DNA of 64,000 bases from Octopus bimaculoides (taxonomy: Eukaryota): positions 16,000,495 through 16,064,494 of the forward strand of contig NC_069005.1 of NCBI RefSeq assembly GCF_001194135.2, read 5' to 3'. Position 1 is the first letter of the stretch. The number at the start of each line of letters is the position of its first letter. Shown here piece by piece: positions 12,084 through 24,774 of the stretch. Both the position numbers and the translations under genes were made by a program. The notes under the pieces are model-generated. The model was not told where the DNA came from. It saw only the letters and a list, made by a program, of their open reading frames with translations, and made no database searches.

Positions 12084-13034
12084 TATATATATATATATAT
12101 TTATACCAATGTATACACCTATCTAAAATCTAGTATTCTTTATATTGTGTCCATTTAACTTAGCAGTTTCACAAACAGAGCCAATAATTAAGTACCAAAC
12201 TGAAATAAGTAACAACGTTGATATAAGCACCTCAAACTCTTGAAGGTAGTACCCCAGCATGGCCTCAGTCCAACGTGTCAACCCAGTAAAAGAGTATTAG
12301 AATATAGGCTTTTATAAAATAATCACTTTTCATTCAAATATTCTTCTCTGATATCTATATAGATCTGCCTGATAGCTTTTCTAACTTCTCCATCTTGTTC
12401 TTGGCTAAATTCCATTTTGCCTCCTCTGTCTGGCCCCTGCATGAATGCCTATATGCACTACAATACATCACATAGTGACTCCCATTTCTCACCATTATGT
12501 CTTAACAATGCACAAGGAGTGAACTTCTTGTTTTCTCAACTTTTGAGAAATTGGAAAAATGCCAACATTAATCACATTGAGACATAAACCATATTCCATC
12601 GACTGAAATCATACAGCAATTCACACACAAGTAAAAGATCTGGCTCAGTGACTTATCTAAATAGAAGCCATATGATGCTACTGACTCCACCGTTTCACAA
12701 ATGGAGAAGCAAAGAGTGTAAGAAAAAAAAAAATAAAAGCAAAATAAAATGTAATCGTCTATAAATTTTATTGATGTAGATATATGAAATGTTAAGTGAG
12801 CAAAAAGGGAGAGAACTCGTGTTATATCAAACTTTACGAAAGACAAATAAATTTCCATTTCAATTTTTAGTAAACTATTCTATGTATTTGTTTTGAAAGA
12901 TTCTTGATGTGAAATAATCTGCTGTAACAGATATTGTTATATTTGGGGATGGTCAGCTTTTGCCAATAAACACATGCACTATTTATTTGATCTTCACTTT
13001 ACCTCCATTATTACAAGTAGCTATTGTAAAGCAG

Positions 13035-13213
13035 GTTGCAGGCAGAATTGTTAGCATGCCAGACAAAATGCATAGCAGCGTTTCATCTGCCTTCATGTAC
13101 TGAGTTCAAATTCTAGCAAGGTTGACTTTGCCTTTCATACTTTTAGGGTTTATAAAATAGGTACCAAATGAGCATTTAACCACCACCCACCGAACTTGCT
13201 GGCCAAAATTTGA

Positions 13214-13215
<2 letters not shown>
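13035..13215 (+). mobile_element. SINE family 3; other copies at 42985-43160(+), 57290-57445(-), 60370-60580(-), 61210-61445(-), 53722-54525
   Basis: Shared head gctggcagaa..gttagca..aaatgcttagc…ttctgagttcaaattc and body ggtcgataaaataagtaccagtt. Confidence 0.75.
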
Positions 13216-13245
<30 letters not shown>

Positions 13246-13398
13246 TAATAATAATAATAAATGCCCGGATGCAGTACCAGGCAGTAGCTCTCATGGCTTC
13301 TGATCTTAATTGATTGGAAGTGTTATCATGTACATTGTTTTGTCGAAATTATTATAACATAAATTTTATATATATATATATATATACAAACATATATC

Positions 13399-13941
13399 TT
13401 GGGTCATCTCATATATAAAGTGTTTATTTTTTATACTTCTTTTATTTTTCAAAATTAAAATAAAGAAAGTTCTTTTTTAATCTAAAATATACTCTCCTTC
13501 ATTTTCTACAATGCTCATCCATCTATCTGGTAGATTTGCAAGGCCCCTCTTCCAAAATTCAGTAGTCTGTGATGAAAAATACTTCTCCAGTACTGTTCTG
13601 ACCTCATCTACAGAATTCATAAAACTGTAGAATAAATGATAATCAGATGGGGCAATGTCCAGCAAATATAGTGGGTGGGGCATCGTTTTCCCATTCAAAC
13701 TGCTCCAGTCTTTCGAATGTCATCCTTGCTGCATGTGGCTGAGCATTATCCTGAGGGAAGAATACCTTTCGTCTTGAAACTCAATTTGCTGACTTTTCCG
13801 ATGGCACACAAGTGTCGATGAATGGTTGAATGACCAAACCTAAGCTTCTCGGCTAGTTCCTCAACAGTTACAACAGGATTTTGGACCACCAGAGTTTGCA
13901 GGACATCTTCGTCGATCTCTGCAGATCTTCCAGGACGTCTC
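13399..13941 (-). mobile_element. Internally deleted mariner (DD34D) transposon
   Basis: HTH fragment DEDVLQTLVVQNPVVTVEELAEKLRFGHSTIHRHL joined to QDNAQPH…PHPLYLLDIAPSDYHLF…LPDRWMSIVENEGEYILD*. Confidence 0.85.
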
Positions 13942-14741
13942 TAAATCTCTGTCCATTTGCAGCTTCCACACCCTTCTTCTCGATACCAGTCATCTTCTGG
14001 GCATCCATGTAGCCCTGATCCTGAAGTCACTAACTACCAGTCTATGTTGTTGGATACATTCTTCGCCTGGGAAGGTTGGACAACATACAGTCACCTAGTC
14101 ACCTACCATTCTGGCAGACACACTTGCCAAATTGACTACAGCCTCGCCAGAAAAAGGGAAAGATGGCTGCTTATAAATGCCAAAACCTTCCCAGGCGAAG
14201 AATGTATCCAACAACATAGACTGGTAGTTAGCGACTTCAGGATCAGGGCTACATGGATGCCCAGAAGAAGATCGATATGGCGAAGAAGGGTCTGGAAGCT
14301 TAAAGATCCTGCAAATGGACAGAGATTTATTGATGTGTTACTCGAAGCCTTTGACGAAATAGAGGGGGATGTAGCTTCACACGATGTGGAAGACAACTGG
14401 AGGTTTCTATGGGACAACCTGCTGAGGGCCATTGACCAGATCTGTAGATGGTCCAAAGTCCCCTCTCAATGCAAAATAACGTGGTGGTAGAACAATGTTG
14501 TTGACAGGGCTATTAGAGAAAAGAAACAGGCTTGGAAGGACTGGAAGAACTGTGGTAACAGGGAATTCTATCAGACTGCCAGAAGGGAAGCTAGGCGACA
14601 GGTTTATTTAGCCAGAGGGGAAGCAGATAAGAAAAAATTTGCCAATGTTCTGCACCATGAGGACCAAAGACTTGAGGTACTTCATGTTGCAAGACAATAT
14701 GTGAGAGAGAATCATGATGTCGTAGGAGAGAAATGTGTCCG
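13942..14741 (+). mobile_element. RTE-clade LINE fragment (endonuclease C-terminus and linker) with an inverted 5' duplicate
   Basis: VTYHSGRHTCQIDYSLARK…TFPGEECIQQHRLVVSDF…RRVWKLKD…TWW, later HDVVGEKCVR; 13942-14077 is the reverse complement of 14184-14329. Confidence 0.88.
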
Positions 14742-15605
14742 CTATATTGAACTTTCAACTGTTAGCACTTGCATGTGAAAATTGTTTGCAAAACAACATA
14801 TATATATAAATATATATATATATACACATACACACATACATATATAAAGGGTAGAGGCCCCTTCAGTCATGAATGACCTTGGGATTGCACCTAGAAATTT
14901 AACCTCTGAGGCATAAGTCTGGCCAAGGTTGTTCATGGAAGACCAGCAGTTACCAAGTCATACCAACCTCCCCTCTCCATGTTACTAATGTTATCCAAGG
15001 GAAAGGCAAAAACTGATGCAGCTTGGCACCAGTGACATCGTAACTCATTTCTACAGCTGAGTGAACTGGAGCAACGTGAAATAAAGTCTCTTACTCAAAA
15101 ACACAACACACAGCCCAGTCCAGGAATCAAACTCACTACTTTATGGTTGTGAGCCCAACATGCTAACCATTGAGCCATGCACCTTTTTTTTTTTTTTTTT
15201 TTTTTTGCAGACTTTGCAGAAGGCTCATTGGGCCAGTGACCCAAAACTAAAGAGAGCATTAATAATAAAGCATTTATTAGTACTCTACCAATATGCTATT
15301 ACACTACCATTGATATTACTTTAAATTTAGTTTAAATGAAAAACTTCTAAGTTCACAAATTTTTGGAATTCTTTTAACATTTGAATTTTCAACTGTTAGC
15401 ATATAACAAATTCTCATCCAAACCTGATCCCAATGCTGGATGTTCAAGAACCAAATGAAGGGTAGATTTTCAATCTCAGAATCATCCTGATTCCAAAAAG
15501 GTATAATATATCTATGCAGAGCAAATGTAGACTGAGATATAAGAGTCCTGGATGGATGGGCAGATAGAATTTTGCGTCTATTATTATCAATTACTCTTTC
15601 AAAAT

Positions 15606-15914
15606 TATCCACGGCATGTGCTGGTTCAGACAGGTCCTCTGCCTTCTGCCAGATCATCTTCCCAGGGCCTTTGATGAAGCAACTGTGGGCTGGAAGAGAC
15701 CCAAGGGCAGGCTCTGCACCAGATGGTTGGATGTGATAACGGAAGATCTCCAGAGGCTAAACGTCATCTTGGAGGATAGAGAGGAGCTGGCACAGGACTG
15801 CCAGTGATGGGAGGCACTGCTAGACCAGGTCAGCTCTACACACAATGGCACCTTTGGGACCATTAACCTGGGATAACCCAAGCCTCATTGAGCAAGAGCA
15901 TGAGTGAGTGAGTG
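15606..15914 (+). mobile_element. 5'-truncated RTE LINE with 16-bp TSD and (TGAG)n tail
   Basis: CWFRQVL…LPRAF…GWKRPKGRLCTRWLDVITEDL…ELAQD; TSD ATTACTCTTTCAAAAT at 15590-15605 and 15915-15930. Confidence 0.9.
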
Positions 15915-16338
15915 ATTACTCTTTCAAAATGCACCTTCGGCCTGGTTAATGATAATACTTATTTACAGACTACACAAAGTACAAAACAAGTTCCACATAG
16001 ATTTAACATGCAACAACTGACACAGCAGTATTGAATATCAAGTGGATACTAGTGCAACCCCTTCTCCCTCCAGCTGCATCTATATTTGCTGTCAACTATA
16101 TAGAAACTATCTAAAACAATTAGCAAAAGCATAATACATGTTACCAAACAACTCATAATATGCATGAAGAAGAACAACAAAAAAATGTGAATTTCAAGAC
16201 TGCAACATGACCAGAAATATAATCTATTTTCATAAATATAATACTTGCAAACTCCACTCAGGAAGCAGAAGTCAACAAGATATCAAGTTATAACACGGAA
16301 ATTAAAAGGTAGAAATAAAAAAGGAATTGTTGTCTTAC

Positions 16339-16455
16339 CTGAGAAGAGACTGACATTCTTGTCCTGACTACCTGTTTTTCTAAATGGAGCCTTTCTTTGG
16401 CAGCTTGCTTAATAATTGCTTCAAGTTCTTCTTGATCTTCATAAAGACGAGAATT
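16339..16455 (-). CDS. RIMBP2: RIM-binding protein coding exon D
   Basis: Acceptor ttttcttcag|, donor CAG|GTAAGA; 117 nt, phase 0/0; NSRLYEDQEELEAIIKQAAKERLHLEKQVVRTRMSVSSQ aligns with TSPOAP1 DFDRLLRESQREVLRLQRQI. Confidence 0.85.
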
Positions 16456-16494
16456 CTGAAGAAAAATGTTAACAGATTGATACTCACTCCCAGT

Positions 16495-16955
16495 ATGTAC
16501 ATATCTGATGGTCATGTAATGTGTATGAATGAAGACAGATGCGTCAGGGAGGTGCTGAGCTCTATTGTGGAGAGACTATGTGGGACAAAGTGTTGAGAAA
16601 GGATTTTCAGACATTGGGCCTCACAGAGGGACTGCGACTCCAGGCAGTTTGCTGTATTTGAGAAGACATGTCAAGCTAAGTAAAATCATAGTTGTCATTG
16701 CATACATGCATGTCGCCTTCATCCTGCTTCAGCTGAGTGATCATAACCTTGGGGGCTCATGGGTGCTGGTACCACATAAAAGTACCCCTGCCAGTGCTGT
16801 GTAAAGGCACCCAATACACTCTGTAAAATGGTTGGCATTAGGAAGGGCATCCAGCTGTAGAAACCATGGAGTCTGGGTAGCTCTTCAGCTGCTATCAAAC
16901 TGTCCAACCCATGCCAGCATGGAAAAGGGACATTAAAGTATAATGATAATATCAT
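16495..16955 (+). mobile_element. RTE LINE 3' end with 3'UTR tail
   Basis: GHVMCMNEDRCVREV…, then the tail ggttggcattaggaagggcatccagctgtag…ccaacccatgccagcatggaaaa shared with many short copies in the window. Confidence 0.8.
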
Positions 16956-17302
16956 CATCATAATCATTTTAATATCCACATTCCCATGCTTGCATGGATT
17001 GGATGTACTTTATCACTCAAATGTGATTGCTTTATCTTACAGAATCAAATTAGATTGGTTTATAATGCAGTCTCAGTTGTGACTGTTTTATATACTTCAC
17101 AGTAAGTAGTTTCACATACATGTGGCTGATTACACATCATAACATATACAGGTAACCAAAATGGGCTTAATCATTTTAAACTAAGCTTTAAAAAGAAATA
17201 CAAAGAAGTGTATGGATATAAGTTAATAAATGAGTCTACAATATTAATAATACCAATGTGCTCAAATGCTGTGTGTTTTAAACATTGCCAAAATTAACTT
17301 AC

Positions 17303-17482
17303 CTGTGGCAGTTGTTTTGACATGGAGCTAATTTTTTCTGCCAATATCTGGTATTGCCTTTTTAATTCTTCAATTTCTTTCTCTTTCGCCAGTAAACTCT
17401 TTGAATACTCAGCATGTTCTCGAGCCCTCTGTTTTTGAAATTGTTTTCTAACTGATTCTGTATCATGGCTTTCACCAGATTT
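17303..17482 (-). CDS. RIMBP2: RIM-binding protein coding exon C
   Basis: Acceptor ttttacacag|, donor CAG|GTAAGT; 180 nt, phase 0/0; KSGESHDTESVRKQFQKQRAREHAEYSKSLLAKEKEIEELKRQYQILAEKISSMSKQLPQ matches RIM-BP RKALARQRARDLSETASALLAKDKQI. Missed by the ORF track (no ATG-initiated ORF of the minimum length). Confidence 0.88.
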
Positions 17483-19392
17483 CTGTGTAAAAATAAAGTA
17501 AAATTATTTCATCAGGCCATGTTCTTCAATAAATTTGATCCTTCCATCCACATTCNNNNNNNNNNNNNNNNNNNNNNNNNNNNNNNGGGGGGGGAAGGAA
17601 CCTACTATATCCAAAAATGGTATAAAGGTATCCAAATTAAAGATGACGAGAAAACAAATTCATACAGTTCCTACAATCACTTCAAAATGGTTTTAATGGT
17701 TCTCTGGGTAAAGATAATGGGGAACCAATTGGTAAGTCACTCCTAATGAAGATATATCCAATAACTACCATTGTAGGAAGTATGTTAACGATAAGAAGAG
17801 GTAAATTGATAAGAATGATGAATATAAAACATTGGACTGAGTATTCTGAAGTAAAATCCATAAAACAAAACCTGAACACAAATTGTTTGTTATATATAAT
17901 CATCATCCTCGTTTTAATGTCTGCTCTTCTATGCTTGTATAGGTCAGATAAAAGTTGTTGAAACAGATTTTTTTATGGCCAACCATCACTGGTTTCTAAA
18001 AGGTATATTTCCCTGAGTTCTTCAAATACCAACAACACAATGATTATGTTTACATAGAAATAAACAACACTGCTTGTATGTCAGTAATGTTTGTTTACAA
18101 TTAGAGTGCAATGTCAAGAAAAGGAGACACAAACAAACATGAACATTCACACACACATACCCACAACAGGTTCTTTCAGTTTCTGTCTACAAAAGCTACT
18201 CACAAGGCTTGTGTGTTTGTGTGTGTGTGTATACAATGTGAGTGTATATGAATAAAGTTATCCAGGCAGGTACCATTGTAGCTCTCAGGTATATTCCAGA
18301 TTAGAGCTAACCGCATCAAATAGTAATAAGCATCAGTGATCACTTAGTATGAGCAATCCTGCTGTAATTCTTCTGATGAGTAACTCCAGGTTCACTTCTC
18401 TGGATTGTGAATATTATCAAGAGTGTAAATTTTAAAATTTACACACCTTGAAATGTGTGCATGTGTGTGAATGTGTGTTAGTTGTTTACTATGATAAAAA
18501 AGAATATGAATACTGGGTCATCAAATAAATTCATTTTTTCCTGTTTATTTTAAACTTTTCCAATGTTATTTGAATTCACTCAAAAAATATTTTTATTGCA
18601 GTGTTTTGGTATTTTATGGCTTTTTGTGGCAGTATTTTGCCTCCAGAAAATTTGTTTACTCTTTTCGAAATTTTGATAAATTTTATCTCTTTTCAGACAT
18701 ATGACAATGAAGTGCCAAGTAGAATAAAAAGCTAATGAATTTATCCAACAATCCAATATTTGAGGAAGCAATTATACTGTAAACATAAGGACTTGGCACT
18801 TGAAGAATACCAAGGTCAAAAACAGTCTGAACAAACTATAAAAACAATTCTTTAAAATCCAAATCAATCCTGGATTTTTTTTTCATTCAGAACTAATATA
18901 TTTAAGAATCCCCTGGTATGATAGATTGGCAAAATTAAAGTAACTGATCACAGCCAACAGAAAATTTGTCACTAAAATATGCTTGTTTTTCTTCTAAATA
19001 TTCTTATTAACCAATCAAATGAATCACTTTTAATGTAAACTGAGAAATTGTCACTGAATTGAAAGCATATATCATTTAATTCCATGCATACAGTGGTGGT
19101 GGGGTGGTGCAGTATTCAAAGAAAGTGTATAAAAAGTATCTATGGATATAGATTTTTTTTAATTGAAAAAAAAAAAGAAATAAAATAACAACCAATTTGA
19201 AAATGAAATTTGATTCTAGAATATTCAGGTTTTTGATCTCTAAAATAACAACAAAAAATATAATCAATTATCAAGTTATAAATGATAGGAACTGTGTTAA
19301 TAGAAATGCTTAAATGAAAAACTATCCATTTTGTCTCACCCCCCCCCAATCACAGAAAAAGGGAGATGATGATGATGGTGATAACATATATA

Positions 19393-20952
19393 CCAGATAT
19401 ATACTGGCATACAAGACGGAATTTGAACTTTAAAAAAGTCATCCCAAAACTGGGGGTCATCTTATATATCCCGTATAAAATCTGAACCTTGACTTCCCGT
19501 GGTTTAGAGTAGCACCAATGTCAATGGCAAACAGTGTAAAGCACTCGCATAGATTCTATGGTTCTACAGAGCAGTATTTTCAACTGACTCTTGCACATAT
19601 CGATGGAAAACACTGTAAAATACTCATGTAGATCCTATGATCCTACAACTCAATATTTACTACTGATACTTACATGTATGTTTAGGAAGCTGGATTAATA
19701 GTACAATTATATTAAAATAACAGCACAGCAAACTCAGTGGACAGACACCAGTTGCCATTTGTAACTGCTGACAAACAGAGAATATAAGCTATCAGCCCAA
19801 TCAAACAGGTCCCAGAGTTCATGCTGTTTACACTGCCTCATTAGAGATGGAAATATGTGTACCACAGAATTGAATGTTCTGTGTGAATTTGTTATCATAG
19901 CATGGAATGATATTAAAGCAGAAACGTTCATCAGGGCTTTTAAAAAGTGTGGAATATCTAATTCACTAGATGGTACTGAGGATGACATGCTGTGGGAGGA
20001 TGAGAGGGAATTAGAAGTCGAAGCTACTTCATCTGATTCTGAGTTTGATCCCTACGATGATTCTCTGATAAATGTCACAATGTACTTCAAGAGCTTCTCA
20101 GATGATGATGATGATGTGCCTTTTGAAGGTTTTTAATATATGATGACTGAAGTAATAATCATTTTATTAAACTATGCAAATAAAATTAAAATCTTCATTG
20201 TTTAATTTGCTTTTAAAATTTTGTGAATTAGTATCTTAAATGGATGTATATATGTATATTTCTGAAAGAAATGTATTCAGTATACAAGTCATCTTTAGCA
20301 CCCAAATATTAATATTATACATGTACCTACTGGTGTAATCAAATGAATTAGAATAGAGTAGATCAGAAACTGGTGCAAGCAATTCGAACACAGCCCTACC
20401 AATAGTCTTGCGAAGCAAAATAAAATTTACAAATTAAAGAAAATAATAGTAGTGTACTTTATAACAACATTTCTTATATATTGCAATATAATATTATACA
20501 TACCATGAGTAAATCTATAAATTCATTTCAAGTAAATGATGTTATTATGGTACACCTGACACTATGTTAGTTCCTATCAAATAACTAACACCTAAGTGAT
20601 GTCACAATGGTAGTGCTTACACCAGCCAGGTATGTTTGATGAGTATTAGAGTAGGTAATTTATAATATTTGCCACTTTTTGAAAAAGACTGCAGAATTGT
20701 TGCACAAAAAGTTTACTGATTGAAACATGGTTAAAATGCTATTAAAACACAAGAAAAGCAGAGGTTTCAGGGGCTGGTGGGGAAGCTACAGCTTGTCCAA
20801 CACCTTTAGCTATCAATCTTGCACTTTTGGTGCTCAAGCTATCGTCCATGAAAACTTGGAGTAGTCTTATACAGCAAGTATAGCTCAGAAGCCATTTTTT
20901 AAATAGGGGCTGTCTTGTACACCACCCAGTCGTATTATACGCCAGCATATAC

Positions 20953-20954
<2 letters not shown>
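19393..20954 (+). mobile_element. pogo/Tigger-like DNA transposon relic
   Basis: TIR-like ends TA|CC(A)G(A)TATATACTGGCATACAAGACG and CGTATTATACGCCAGCATATACGG|TA; C-terminal motif IAWNDIKAETFIRAFKKCGISNSLDGTEDD at 19885-19990. Confidence 0.75.
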
Positions 20955-20985
<31 letters not shown>

Positions 20986-21331
20986 NNNNNNNNNNNNNNN
21001 NNNNNNNNNNNNNNNNNNNNNNNNNNNNNNNNNNNNNNNNNNNNNNNNNNNNNNNNNNNNNNNNNNNNNNNNNNNNNNNNNNNNNNNNNNNNNNNNNNNN
21101 NNNNNNNNNNNNNNNNNNNNNNNNNNNNNNNNNNNNNNNNNNNNNNNNNNNNNNNNNNNNNNNNNNNNNNNNNNNNNNNNNNNNNNNNNNNNNNNNNNNN
21201 NNNNNNNNNNNNNNNNNNNNNNNNNNNNNNNNNNNNNNNNNNNNNNNNNNNNNNNNNNNNNNNNNNNNNNNNNNNNNNNNNNNNNNNNNNNNNNNNNNNN
21301 NNNNNNNNNNNNNNNNNNNNNNNNNNNNNNN

Positions 21332-22298
21332 GTACATTTTACAAATTTTATTTAATCACCTTCAAAATATTCCCCTTGGGAATTCACATATTTCTCCCAG
21401 AAGTTCTGCTATTACTGGTAACACCTATGACATACTTTCTCTGGAATGCTATGGAGCTCCTCTATCGCTTTTCTCCTGATTTCATTTTGCGACTCAGAGT
21501 GCTTCCCTTTCAGCATGGTTTCCAGTTGGAGAAGAGCAAGAAGTCACACAATGCGAAATCAGGAGAGTAGGGAGTCTGTCATAAAAGTGGTGTATTGCTC
21601 TTGACCAAAAAAGCTTGGATTGCAAGGTACATCCAAAAAGTATCTGACTTTATTTTTTCACCGACACTCTGCATGCACAAATCCTCCATTAAAATGAAAT
21701 GTACTGATTCTGTGCTTATTCCTACTTCATGAGTAATTTGCCGATTTGTTACATGATGGTCTTCCATGAATATTCGCTGAACCTTCTCAAGCCGTTCCTC
21801 ATTCCAGTTTGTGGATGACCTGCCTGAGTGTACCTCACTCTTCACTGAGCTATGACCATGTTGCACCACTCCTTGATCTGAGTTTTGCCCATGGCCTGCT
21901 GAGTCATATGGATGGGCTAAGCTTAAGTATCACCAAACGTTTGGTTAAAGTTGATACAAGATCTCTGCTAAATGCATTCAGTCATCTTGCTTGAAAATGA
22001 AAATCTGGTAAGTGTGCACTACAAGTCTGTACTCTAGGCATAACAGCGAGGAACTGATGCAGCCTACTGGGGAAAAAGTAAGTGCAAGACGGGAAGTGTC
22101 ACCTCCTATCCAAATGGTTTTGCTCGTGCAGCATTAGTTTTGGCAGGAAAAAATAAAGTCGGATACTTTTAACACACACCTCATAAAACACTACCATAAA
22201 AATATTTTTCCTTCTAATGCAAATAGTACTGGAAAGTGTTAAAATAAATGGAAAAAAACGTAACAAATTAATCTGACAAACAGTCTTCACCACTCATC
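21332..22298 (-). mobile_element. Internally deleted mariner transposon
   Basis: GRSSTNWNEERLEKVQRIFMEDHHVTNRQITHEVGISTESVHFILMEDL (HTH), then …TPYSPDFALCDFLLF (YSPDLAPxD motif). Confidence 0.82.
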
Positions 22299-22779
22299 AA
22301 AAAAAGCCTACACCTAAAAAGCCCAACAGACATTCCAGCCCTACACAAATACCAACCCCTAATACTCTGCATATATACGCAGAAATATGCACATGTGTAT
22401 GTGTATATTTGTGTGTGTGTGTACGTGTGAGTATATTTGCCTGAGTGTGTGTGTGTATTTGTGTATATATGAACATATTTGCCTCTCTGTGCGTGTGTAC
22501 GTGCATACGTCTGTCTATTCCACTATGAATGAAGCAGTAAATTTGAAAATGTATCAAAAATTAATTTTTACCAAATATAACTTAATGAATTATACAATAA
22601 GGAATTGGTTCTTGGACACTGACTTTTTTTGAATTCCCAAATGGGTTTTTTTCCCCCCTTTTATTTTATTTATTCAAAAAAATTTTGCTTCCATTATTAG
22701 AAATTTTGCTGCTGATTCTTCTTTTTTTTTTCTTTTATCGGTTTCAGCTCAGAGCTGCAGCCATGCTGGGGCACTGCTA

Positions 22780-23110
22780 TTTTGTTACACTGTTATTATT
22801 GAGAGCCTCCTCCAATATGTGACAGTTAGTGAATAAGGAAGTTTGATGACGCTGCCCTCATTTGTGTCTCCTGCCATGAGGTAAGTTCATCTGGGACTCT
22901 TGACAGGAAGAGATCCAGTTTTGTTTTGAATACACCTACATCTTACTTTGTGTAGGTCCCTCAGGCTCTTTGCGAGAATATTAAAAAACAGTGGGCCCTT
23001 AAAACCCAGGCTGTTGCAGTAACTGATCTTTGGCACTGCAGAGGCGAACCTTCCTGGCATTTGTGTAGCTTTCAATGCCAAAATTTGGCATAATTCCTTC
23101 CAAGATCTTC
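22780..23110 (-). mobile_element. CR1/L2-type LINE 3' end
   Basis: NSLGFKGPLFFNILAKSLRDL…GVFKTKLDLFLSRVPDEP…MRAASSN C-terminal motif. Confidence 0.7.
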
Positions 23111-24774
23111 TAGATGTATATTACTGCATATCTTTCCTGCCTTCGCTTCAGTGAATGACTTTTGTTTCCTTATTTCAACTAATTTTTTTACCTTCTCTAT
23201 TTACAATATATTTGCTGATGCAAAAAGACTTTTAATCACTACTTGACTTTTCCAAGTTTAAAAATAATTTATGGAATGAAAATTCCTACAATCCACATAT
23301 CTCTGTCAAATAACACTTTCCCAACAAATATCGGTCATCCCACTCACAGAACTATTTTTAAAAGTCAGTTCTTGGTCTCAAGAGATTCAGACTAATTTAT
23401 GTGGAGAAAGTTATTTAGAGAGATTAGAAATGATATATTTCCTTCTCTTTTTTATTGTTTCAGTCATTAGACTGCAGCCATGTTGGGGCACCGCCTTGAA
23501 AGATCTTTTAGTTGAATGAATCGACCCCAGTACTTTTTGGCTTTTAAAAGCCTGGTACTTATTCCAGCAGTTTCTTTTGCTGAACAGCTAAGTTATGGGG
23601 ATGTAAACACATCAACACCAGTTGTCAAGTGGTAGTAGAGGACAAACACAGATACAATGGTATATACACACACACAACAATATACATATACATACACATA
23701 TATACATAAATACACACACACACACACACAACAGGCTTCTTTCAGTCCTTGTCTACCAAATCTACTCATGGGGCTTCATTCAGCCTGAGGCTACAGTAAA
23801 AGACACTTTGCTCAAGACAGCACACAGTGGGACTGAATCCATAACCATGAGGTTGAGGAGCAAGCTTCTTATCACACAGCTTCTATTTGACAACATTTTA
23901 GACTACATTAGCAATGTGGTATCCTTGTTAATATTGGTACAATAAAATCTTTTAAAATTGGCAGAGAATAAACAAAAAAACCCTTTTACAATTCAAAATA
24001 ATGGAAAGCAAAGAAAACATATTGCTACCGCAAAATGTCAATACAACCAATGAAAGTATGAATTACTAATAAACATAGGGTTCTATTACATTGTGAGCAA
24101 AATAAGGAGGGTAATCTGTAATCAATAACTAAAGTATTACTGCAGCTATTTATATGGAGTTGTAAGCAGGATAGTCAATAAAGCTCAAGTGAACAAGTTA
24201 CATGCATATATGATATGAGACAGCAATGATGAATTTTGAATATTACTCTCTTTGAGAAGATCACGAAAGAAGAGACCTTACAATGTGCAGGTCTGCCCTC
24301 CTATAATGGAAATCCTCAATGATAGAAATTTATGTTGGTTGGGTCACGTACAACAGACTCCCTAAACAAATCCTTGACTCCCAAGTATGCAAGGGGGAAA
24401 AGACCTAGACTGAAATTCAAAGATACAGCAATAAAGAATATGAAGTGGAAAGAAATTAACAGGTGCAGGCATGGCTGTGTGGTAATAAGTATGCTTCTCA
24501 ACCACATGGTTCGAGGTTCAGTCCCACTGTGTGGCACTTTGGGCAAGTGTCTTCTGCTATAACTTTGTGCTGATCAAAACATCATGGACTTTCTGGGATT
24601 GCAATCAATGGCCTGTTGAACTTGCTGAATAAGTATGGTCTTTGTGATGTGGAAAGACGACCCATCTGAAAAGGCAGCTTAGACCCCGCCACATGTATAA
24701 ATTCAAGAACTGAACTTTTTGCATCATGTCCACATGTGGCTAAATATTTGTTACATTTTTGGTCCCCCCGAGAT

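Noticed and set aside
12325-12436. Purine-rich minus-strand segment (GPDRGGKMEFSQEQDGEVRK…) as an exon
   Set aside because: No polypyrimidine tract, no donor before the stop, no homology.
15316-15605. 113-aa minus-strand ORF
   Set aside because: Its ATG lies inside the antisense RTE insertion; the rest has no splice signals and at most resembles a decayed LINE C-terminus.
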